From positions 1 to 64,000 of the forward strand of contig JAUCBJ010007338.1 in the NCBI GenBank assembly GCA_032718475.1: a stretch of 64,000 nucleotides of DNA. Reading direction: 5' to 3'. Positions 38,950 through 49,400 of the stretch are shown piece after piece. The DNA comes from Nemertoderma westbladi (lineage: Eukaryota; Animalia; Xenacoelomorpha). Within the stretch, counting starts at the first letter, position 1; each line of letters begins with the position of its first letter. Both the position numbers and the translations under genes were made by a program. Under the pieces are notes generated by a model. That model searched no databases, had not been told where the DNA came from, and saw only the letters and a program-made list of their open reading frames with translations.

Positions 38950-39437
38950 TGTGTGCATTGTACTTGACACAATGAACCCGGCGTAGCATTCTTGTGAATG
39001 TGCCATCCAGAGATTTGGTGTCCTCAGCAGTTAGAGCCCAGCATGGACTCCCGTAGAGGAGTACTGGAACTACTGCTGCTCTAAATAATCGGACCTTGAG
39101 TTTCCGATTAATTCTCGGTGACTTCCAAATCTTGGAAAGCCTATTGAAGGCTGCCCATGCCTTTCCCTTACGTATTCGAAGGTCCTCACCTGACTTCCGG
39201 ATCCATGATCCCAGGTAACAGAAGTTGTCCACATGCTCAAGCATACCATCCTTTGAGCTTATGCTCATCCGATCAGAGACTTGCTGAGGACTTTCAAAGT
39301 TAACTGTCAAAATTGTGGTCTTTCTGGAGGTAATAAAAAGACCAACACTAGAAGCAGAATGTTCTAATGAGCTGAGGAGCCGTTGGGCTCCCTCTAATGA
39401 TTCTGAGAGTACTCCTAAGTCATCAGCAAAGTCTATC
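38950..39437 (-). mobile_element. Internal RTE-like LINE fragment, near-identical to ~13447-13932, flanked by a 27-bp direct repeat
   Basis: Same translation (FCYLGSWIRKSGEDLRIRKGKAWAA...). TGATCAACATTGAGGTTTCCAA(A/G)CTAA at 38923-38949 and 39438-39464. Confidence 0.88.
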
Positions 39438-40231
39438 TGATCAACATTGAGGTTTCCAAGCTAAATTCTCACATGTGAATGAATAATATGTCACACACTT
39501 TAGGTATGTTGCTACATAGTCGGATCCCAAGTGGGGTTTCTCATCGGGCTTTAATGTGGATCAGTTGGCGAAAATCTTCAAAAGTTACTTACGAATGAAT
39601 TTTTCATTACAGACAGACAAGCGGACAGAACGACCGACTGGAGATGAAATTTTGCCCTATTTTTACTAATTGCAATTGTGCGCTAAGGCTTGCCCTGACT
39701 GCGTGACTCGTCCCACAGAACACCAAACTCTCCAACCAACTACACTCAACTTTGACTCACTTTCACCCAACTACACTCCACTTCCACCCAACTACACCCA
39801 ACTTTCACCCAACTACCCCCAACAACACCCAACTTTCACCCAATTCTCCACCCAACTATCACCCAACTACAGTACATTCAACATTTTCTCACTTCCACCC
39901 AACTACACTTACCTTTCACCACTTTCTCGCAGGTCAGGATTTTTGAAAATAAAAAATTATAAAGCAAATTATAAAATTGTCAAAAACCATACAAATCCTA
40001 ATCTACGTCGCTTTTTTGGATGTGAAGATGAGTAGGACATACAGTACAATATATCTAATGTTTAGTTCTGAGGCATAACAGCGAGAACATGCGAGCCACG
40101 TAGTAAAGGCGAGCCTTAACGCACTATGATAATTAGTAAATACTGGAAAATTTATTTCGAGTTATTATCATATTCGAGTTAGTGAAATATTGAAACGAGG
40201 GACCGAAGTGAGATAAAAGTACATTATACAC

Positions 40232-40380
40232 TATAATACGTTGTTTTATTGTTAAATTTATTGATTACTTAACGCTCGTCTATGGACGAGCCGCAAATAA
40301 TCCATCTATCTACTGTATTTACGGCTTGTCCAAGGACGAGCGTTAAGTAATTCAGAAATTTAACAATAACATATTATAAT
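40232..40380. repeat. Palindromic (hairpin) MITE-like sequence
   Basis: TTATTGTTAAATT..TTACTTAACGCTCGTC.ATGGAC.AGCCG.AAATA / TATTTACGGCTTGTCCAAGGACGAGCGTTAAGTAA..AATTTAACAATAA. Confidence 0.7.
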
Positions 40381-43300
40381 TATCCTTTATGTATCATATT
40401 ACAAGAAAGATTGTAACATAGTCTTTATTTTCAACAGTTTTATTCTAAACTTCGTGGCCTTTATATTAGTTTGATCTTATCTTTCGTTTATTATTTTGGT
40501 TCCATGATAAATTTATTATTCGCCTATATTATACAGAAAGTACTTTATTTGCTAACCATTAAGATTGGATCAGGGAGCCAAATGGAGTGTAAACTTGAGA
40601 CATGTAAAATGTAATGAGAAATGTAAAAAGTTCTAAAATTATTTCTGTTGTTTCGTTAAAAATTAATTAATACAGTATAAAGGCCATAAAGTTTAAGATA
40701 AAGAAGCTGAAAATAATGTTACAGTTTTTTTTCTTGTATTCTATGATACATAAAGGATAATTACATTATTATAATTGCATTAAACATACTGTATAATATA
40801 GAACTTATGTCCATTAACTTTGTACGAATTATCTGCATTGCTATTCCCACAGCAGAAGTTTCCAATAATGCGATTTCGTCGTTAAGGCTGTGACGATGAC
40901 CCTCCTATGTATCAATACCGTTTTCATTTTCACCGCAATCCCACAGCGCCAGTTTAGTTTGTACTGTAGCTTAGTTTGGAGTTTTGATGCGTGGTATGTG
41001 TAGACATCTATAGGTATCTGGATCGTTCGTCAATAGTCTCTGTGTCTCTCCTTTGTATATTTATTGCTAAATTCATCAATTATTCTAGAATCAACCTGCA
41101 ATAAAAATAAAATGTTAGTTAGTTATTTTCATAATTGCAGGGCAGTGATGGCAAAATACAGCACGAGTACATGCAACTTTTAAAAGTTTATATCTCAGCA
41201 ATTCCTCAAAGAAGTTCAGAGTTTGTTACTGTACATATTGTAATTTGTGGAAGATAGGTGCCATACAGTATAGTTTGGTGTAAGTTGGATGCTGTTGTGT
41301 TGAACGTTGAAGTTGGGTGTATTTGCAGAGTTGGGTGTAGATGGGTGGTATAGTTGGGTGTAGTTGGTGAAAGTTGGGTGTAGCTGTGTGGTTGGGTGGT
41401 AGTTGGGTGAAAGTTGGGTGTAGTTGGGTGAAAGTTGGGTGTAGTTGGGTGTAGTTGGGTGAAAGTTGGGTGTAGTTGGGTGATTAGGCTGACCCTACTG
41501 GACTATGCCTATAGGTATTTCAGCAATAACTATCTGACTATTGCGTTTTGGATTACAATTAATTACATCCACACAGACAAACAGGCATACAAACAGACAA
41601 CAACCCAAACCGCAATGATAATTACCTTTGCAGGCATTTCATATATATGCCGTATGTTTTTGTCTGTTTTTGTGTGTTTTTGTATGTTTTTGTGTGTTTT
41701 TGTGTGTTTTTGTGAGTTTTTGTGTGTTTTTGTGTGTTTTTGTGAGTTTTTGTGTGTTTTTGGTGTAAATAGACGTCCCCTAGCATAGACCTAATAACAA
41801 TACAACAATAGAGTACTGTAGTTAAAATAAATAGACAAATTCAGCTGCGGTTGCCGGTATTACAGTATTATGGTGAAGTGATTTGACTGTTTGAAGAATT
41901 GGAAATGAGAATCTAATGCGAGCGCAGCGAGCGAAATTTTTTTGTGTATTTTCGTGATTTCAATTAATTTGTGGTGCGCATCAGAGGCAGAGCTGCGCGC
42001 TGAGGCGCAACGCGCACCTGTCTCACACCCGAACTCGCACCTGTCTCACCCAAACGCGCAACGCGCATCTGGTTTGCGGTCATTCGCGCAGGTACGCGTC
42101 CGAGTTTTGCAGCATGAATTCCAACCTGGGTGGTAGGTAGGCCTGTAGGCCTACCCAAACCATACAGCCATAGGATTGGTTAGTGTTGTACGTGTACCAC
42201 CTAGCTGTGACAATATCCTGTACCATAACCTTATAGCTGTATAGCCATAGGCAAATTTTGTTATTAATTAATTTTAAATGTTATTATTTTAAATGCTGTT
42301 AATTTTCAAAGAGAGATGTATTGTTTGTTCTGCTTCTCTGAAAAATAACAAAAAAAACGGCTTTTTTTCATAATAAATGTATATTAATATTATGATTATG
42401 TCTGATAGCCACTAGCCAGATGCCAGAGTTGTCATAAATCCCGAAAAATAATTTTATTCGGGATATTCGGTATATCCTGGGATATTGACCTCACAAGCGA
42501 TGGACATATTATATGATCAGTAAAAAGTAAACAAAACTTGCTGACTTTCAGACTTTGCAGTGAAGTTATTTTCAGTTGTTCCAAATAATTGTTCAGTTGA
42601 AATAAATTTTCATGATTGCCGCAACTACCTTCTGTATCTCAGAAAAGGCAAACTTTGACCAGAAAGGTTATCCAAAATGGTGAAATGTTTGAAGGTTTTG
42701 AAAGTTAAAGCTGATAAAGAAAATTGCCCAACTGACTGACATTTGCCCATTGCCAACTCAATAGAAATTTAAAACTGTTAAAATCACTCACTTGATGACT
42801 GACTCAATTGCTTTACTTTATAATAATTAGTAATATTGGGTAAATTGCATAATATTGAGTAAAGAGTAAAGAACCTAAAATAATATTGAGTAAATCATAT
42901 GTAAACAACGTAAATGAATAAAATTAACATGTAGGCCTATAATTGAGTACTTTTATAAGATCCCGGTATATCCCATGATATCAGAATCAGACCCAAAATC
43001 CCGGGATATACGAGGTATATACTAGGACATTATGCTAGCCAGTCGCAGTCAGCTATCATTTTTCAAGTACTCATTGTCAGATTGTATCTTCACAGACCTC
43101 GGTGGTAAAGGGAGATTGCCAATTCACAAAGGGAATGTTTCTATTTGTATTGAATTTTATCGAATTACTTTTCTGGAATTTATTTTAATTTCCTTGAGGG
43201 ATCCACAATATATTTACAGCAAAATACAGAAATATGATGGTTTTTGCGTTTTTCTCGAACTGATACTTTTTGGTACCGGTAAGTGTTCATCTGGCTCTAT

Positions 43301-43476
43301 CGCCCTCTATGACTCTATGATCACGATCTGACGATATAATATAATATAGCTGCCTAATTCTGTAGTTCAAGTTTATTTTAACCTGTGAGCTTACTTCACA
43401 GTCACACCCGTATTATGTGATATATGATATTATTTGGATCTATATAAAGACGTTCCTTTATTCTGTTTAATTCACA

Positions 43477-46400
43477 ATGGAGAAAACACTAACACTGGAA
43501 AGTTTGTTTGGAGCCCCGGCAGCGCAATATATGTGGCCACTCCCTATGAGCGAAAAACAAGATGGTGCCATAGAAATTGTGGAGACTATTCGATGGGTTT
43601 GCCAAGACTTCCCGGAACTAAATGCAGCTGTTGATAACCATATACTTAAGGACTATGACACCCATGATTACCACAGTATGCGTAATATATGCGAACGGTA
43701 CAATCGAGCCGTGGCGGCAATACTAGATACATGGCTCGGTTCCAACCGCTACAAACGGATACCAGAACGCGCCAGCAGCGGTTTACTTAAACACATCCTC
43801 AACCAGGTCTATACACACGCTGTTTGTGATCCCGATAAACTCAATGTCTACGAGCCGTTCAGCCCTGAGGTTTATGGGGAGACGAGTTACGACCTTGTGA
43901 AGAAAATGTTGGAGACGATAGCGATCCGAGAGACGGATACCTTTATCGATCTAGGGAGCGGAGTGGGTCAAGTTGTCCTGCAGATCGCCGCCTCCACAGA
44001 ATGCCGTTTCTCCTTCGGAATTGAACGAGCTGAAACTCCCTCAAGCTATGCCATCAACATGGAGAGAGAGTTCCGTAAATGGATGGCCTGGTACGGCAAA
44101 TCCTACGGAGAGTTTAAACTCGAGAAGGGAGACTTTCTGGACGATTCTATGAGTGATCGAATCGCCAATGCCTCTGTTGTCTTTGTGAATAACTATGCAT
44201 TCGGACCCATCGTCAATCATCAATTAAAACTTCGTTTCGCCAACATGAAGGAATCCGCTCGGATTGTTTCCTCTAAGGAGTTTGTTCGTCCCAACTTCCG
44301 TATAACTTCTCGCGCTCTCTCTGATATCTCCTCAATAATGAGGGTTACCGAGATAGAAGGGATGCGCGGTAGTGTGAGTTGGACTGTTACGCCGGTCTCC
44401 TACTACCTACACACCATCGACAGGACGCAACTCGAGTTGTACTTCAAGGAGAACCGCGAACGTGGCAGCCACAGGGGGCGAGGGGAGGCTGACTTCGAGA
44501 CGGACACCTCGGACACCGGGAGCAGCTCGCTGCGGGGCTACCAACGGAGGCAGGAAGGGGGCGGCGATGGGGGGCTGGTCGGGGATAGTGCCACCGTGTC
44601 CGAGACGAGTAGCTCGGTAGCTGAACTCTGTGATGATATTGTCTGGGGCCCGACGACCCGGCGTCAGTGGAAGCAGTTAGTAGCCCAAGAGAGCCATCAG
44701 AAGGAAGATAAGAGTAAGTCCAGGGGACTACCCTTGCAGACTATAAAGGAGCATCGCGAGAAATCTACTACGAAAAAATCAATTCTCTTGAAAAATAATA
44801 AGAATGCGAAGGAAACAAGCAAGAAGAATGTAATGTCAGGCAACAACCTTATTGCTTTGGATTTACTCCATAGAGAGACAATAAATAGTACGAGGTCTCC
44901 TTGCCCCATAAGTGACGTCATTGATGATGATGTCGAGGAGAAACCGAATGTTATTGTCTCAGAACCACAGGATAATGAGTTCAATAGATTTATGGGGAAC
45001 CTCAGGAATTTATATGCGTCTTATTTTGAGAAAATTAAGAATCCAAACTTCGTCGAAATAATCCAAAAAAAGATTGAAGCCGAAAAGGAGAAGCAGAAAG
45101 CCTTGGTTTACAAACAGGCGGTTTTAAGCAGACAGATAGACAGTCTGAGGAAAGAATCAGTTGATCTTCTACAGGATAAGTTATTGGGTTTAGGTATCAG
45201 TGCAGCTAATCCTCAACAAATAATAGATCAGGCGCAAACTATTATTGAGAAACACCGGGATTTAACTGAAAAGGTGGAAATAGCTGAAACACAATTACAG
45301 TTTGCTGAGAATGAAAACCACCGTCTTAATAAGTTGCTGAAGGTTGAAGCTAAACAACTTCCGGCTGATACATTCCGGAAGAGTGACTTAAAGAGTCAGT
45401 TGAATAAACTAGAAACGGATGTTTCCACATGGGAGAGGTTTGAAGCAAAGTTGAAGCAAAAAGTGGTTGCAGAGAAAGAGCGACTGCCCCTGGCTTCCCC
45501 CAAGGGGGTTCCACACAGACAGAGATCGCCCTCTAGCACCCCCAGTCCCCGCACACCCCAAATGTTCTCCGTCGAATCTCTGATAACCAGTCAGTATCAG
45601 AGTACATTCTTTAATAATCCCCAGTCGCTGCATCCTGTCCAACGACTCAGTGATGTGATGCAACCAGATGTAGTGGGGATTCAACCGAGAGAGATGCCAT
45701 TCGGCTACTCACAACAAGCCACCTTGTTCGGACAACCTCAACTTCATATAATTTCTCCTGATTCTATTAAACGCAAACGAGATTCTTCCTCGTCATCAAG
45801 AAAATCTCCTAAAATTGCGGCTCGATCAAAGTCTCCTGGACGAAGTGGTTCTGCTAGGGAATCTACATTGGCTTACTCCGACATCGCCCAAGGTTCCTCA
45901 CATCCCTATGTCATCAGAAAAATCCGTAACGAAGGATTTCCTCCCAGTCCTGTAACCACGCAGACAAGTGTTATTGCGCCTGCAGTCACGGCCATACGGG
46001 AAGGGGACCCCGCCGATGCCGAGGTCGCGCGAGTTCTGGCATCCACACGAGTGACGAGCTGCTCATCGAGGATAACGACGCCGTCGCCAAGGTTGATGCC
46101 GATAAAACAGCGAATTCTTGGTTGTAAAGAAGAGACAAGAACTCCCATCCCTATGTCCCTGGAGGATAAAGTATCTTTAATGACTCAGCGAAGTGATAGT
46201 TTGCCATATAGTGAAGGAAGCCAAGTTACAGAACTTATGTATTGCAAAATCATAGAAGAACCCGATGCTACCCTTGATTCTATTATGGGTGTTTCGCTTG
46301 AGCCAGTTTCAGGTGCTTCTGGTATCGGTACTTCCCTTCACCATAATTCATCTACCATTTCCAAAGGGACCGATGAGGAACATAAATCCCCACAAATCGT

Positions 46401-49400
46401 TATCCCTGACAGTTCCGTCAGTAAGGCCACCATGGTCTATGATGATCCCGTAAGTGATCCGGTTCCAATAGCGACTTCAGCACAACATATTAAGTTAATT
46501 AATGAGGTTTCTAAGTCAACTACGATTTATGAACAAGGTAGACCTCTTGATGGCGTTCCTAAAGCTATCGATAATATCACCAACACCGTTTATGCAATCA
46601 GTACGCCTGATCTTACTGAAAGTGAAAATATATCCAAAGCAGTAGTTTCTCAATCTAGTGGTTTAGAACCAGTATTACCAGTTAATATTGAAGACATCAG
46701 AAACCTCCATAATGCTAATGCAGTTTCAAGTTCAATTTCAGATGAAAACCAACTTGGCATTGTTCCAAAGGTAAACTTTTCAGATGGGATTGTTCAATTG
46801 ACAAAGACATATATTAACGAAAGCATTGAGCCAATAACTATTTCTGATGGTAGGAAGTCCAAATCGACCGTTTGTACTAATTTATCTGTTCCTGATGTCA
46901 ACAAAAATAATTATCCTGATGATATTATTAAATCCATTGATGATTTTGCTATAACTACTTCTGTTGTTGGTGCACAAAACATCAGCGATTCTGACAGATA
47001 TCTTGCTGATAAAGTCGAAAACAAAGTACCGGTATGTAATTCTATGTCCAACTTGGCTCCCCACAGCATGCCCAGATTACCCGAGAAAAAGGTGCCAGTG
47101 AGTGATAGTTATGAGCAACATGAAACTACATTACCTACAATTGTTGCAAGCGAAACCTCCCAACAAATACAGCCGCATGTTTCAATGCCTCAAAAGGATT
47201 CCATAGACTTCCAAAATCTGGATATTCCTCAGGTTAAATCTGGTTTTATTAAACCAGTTGTTTCGGATATGGATCCGTGTAAGCAAAAGATATCTCAAGA
47301 CCTTACTATACAATCAGTTAACAAGAGTGGGGAAATTAAGGGTGAAATTGGTCTACCTCAAACAGTCAGGGATGTTAGTGAGCTACAAGTTGAGGATGAA
47401 AACAAAACTACTGTATCTGAGAAACAACAGACAAGAGGCAAATCTGAACAGCAAATTGATATCCCAGTAGCTGAACTTGATCAGGCAGCAAATGACATTA
47501 TTATTGAGCCAGAAAATATTCTTGCTACTATCGACCAATGCGTTGAAGGGTTGCAGCCAGCTGACATTGACAATGGTTCAGGCGGCGAAAGCATAAATGG
47601 AAATGATGACACTGTATCTGGGAGAAAAAAAGCGAAACTACGTGGAAAAAAGGGGAAAGCAAAGAAATCGAAAACTAAACTTCGACAAGTACCTTCTGGT
47701 GCAGATCAATTAGTGAGTAGTAATAAATCACAGACAGAAATTAGCCAAGAGCAAATGGATTCCAACCAAAATAATACAGACAACCTTGAAGAACATATTG
47801 ATTGTCAACAGACAGATGGTCATGTAGACATCAGCAAGGACCAAATAAATAGTAATTCATTCCAGATAGATTCCACTCCCATCCAAATAGATGATACTAA
47901 AGACCTGGCAGCCCCAACAAGTCAAGAAGAAATTGAAAATCTACAGCCGAAATCTAATTTTGTAGATTCGAGTGCAGTTGATATTGGGGATGATTCCAAT
48001 TTGTTAGGAGGAAAAGGTTATAATATATCGAATGATGAAGTTTTTCAGTCAGTTGAAAGTTTGGACGAATCACCGCCTGTGAGAAAAACGAGGTCACAAT
48101 CTAACCTTGGAAAAGCTACAATAGGAAAGAGCACAACAAAACAACAGCAATTGAAATTGAAATTTAAGAAATCCAAGGGGAAAAAGGAAACTGGAGATCA
48201 AGGTGAAGATGAGGACTTGAGGGCTCTAAGTAGTTATTCTCCCAGTCTTCCTGGAGTTGAAAAGCAGACTGGGAAACAGGGTCGGAAGAAATCGGTAATA
48301 CAAAATGAGTCTGTTATTACTGATGATCATTCACTCAATGTTAGTGACCAGAAAGAAGCGAAGGTGGAGACACCTCGACAACTGCGACCAAGAAAACGCA
48401 GTGGCGTGAGGATTCTAGAATCTAGTGATGCTTCCCCAAAGACACCTGAACTGAAAGAACTTAGTGCAATACAGTCACCTAAGCAACAAATTCCTGACAT
48501 ACAATCGGGTAAATCATTGCCCGAAAAATCTCCCACTCGTGGAAGGCAGGAAGACAAGATAGAAGAATCGGCACAAGTCGAACTTGAAGAAAATATTTTA
48601 GATCCCATTGATAAAACGCCCCCCGAACCGGAAACTGATACTCGGAAAAAACTTCGTCCAAGGAATCGGAAACAGTCTTCTGCAATACCTAATTTACCTG
48701 AGAACAATGCAAAGTCTGTGAGAAAACAAAACCGAGTAGCGGTTCTCGCTCCTTCAATTGAAAGCGTCCCACTGGAAGTCTCTACAGTGAAACTTCCTGC
48801 AACTGATGGGGAAGACAAAACGGTTGCTATGGATGTTGATGCAAAACATGGTCGTAGTTTGTTAGATGAAAAGGTATCACCTGGTGCACAGCTTCCTGTT
48901 GAACCTATTGAAGATAAACTACTATTGAAACCAGTTTGTGAAGGGCCAGAGCAAAAGAGTGATCAAATGTCCCCTGATAAGCATGAAAATGTACAACCAG
49001 AACAAAATGACTTGAAGATAAATTCACTACTTTCTTCGAATCACGAATCAAGAGACAATTCAATACCGGTAACAAACGTTGCTGATAAAAAAGATTCATT
49101 AACATTGCAACATTCAAAGCAAATTTCTTCAACATTCGCTGCTGATGAAATTCGGATAACAACGCAAACAAAATATGCCGTCAATGTAGAAAGTTCACTA
49201 ACTAAGCCAAACATTTCCGAAAGTAAAGATATGCTACATCTGATACGAGCCCTAGAATATAGTAGTGATAAAACTCAACAAATGTCCTCAAACCGCAATG
49301 ATTATGCAGTGGAACCCATCGACGAAATGACTAAAGATATTGCTGGGGAAGTCCAGGACGTAGAAGTTACTGAGAAGTCACCAATTAATCACTTACAGTC

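Larger units (their letters stand above)
37528..41494. mobile_element. Foldback/Mutator-like element 2 with ~700-bp inverted arms and 9-bp TSD, inserted in the right arm of element 1
   Basis: Ends GGTCAGCCTAA / TTAGGCTGACC; CTACTGGAC at 37519-37527 and 41495-41503, while the left arm of element 1 shows the uninterrupted site. Arms 37528-~38218 versus ~40706-41494 with (CACCCAACTA/TT)n subrepeats. Confidence 0.88.
34896..41780. mobile_element. Foldback/Mutator-like element 1 with ~650-bp inverted arms and 10-bp TSD
   Basis: Ends GGGGACGTCTATTTACACC / GGTGTAAATAGACGTCCCC; TAGCATAGAC at 34886-34895 and 41781-41790. Left arm 34896-35553 pairs with 37163-37527 plus 41495-41780. 10-bp subrepeats (ACACAAAAAC)n in the arms. 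Confidence 0.88.
34333..42129. mobile_element. Non-autonomous DNA transposon with 18-bp TIRs and 8-bp TSD (hAT-like); outermost shell of a nested complex
   Basis: CCAGGTTGGAATTCATGC at 34333 and GCATGAATTCCAACCTGG ending 42129; GTGGTAGG at 34325-34332 and 42130-42137; clustered subterminal GCGCA(CCTG) motifs at both ends. Confidence 0.85.
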
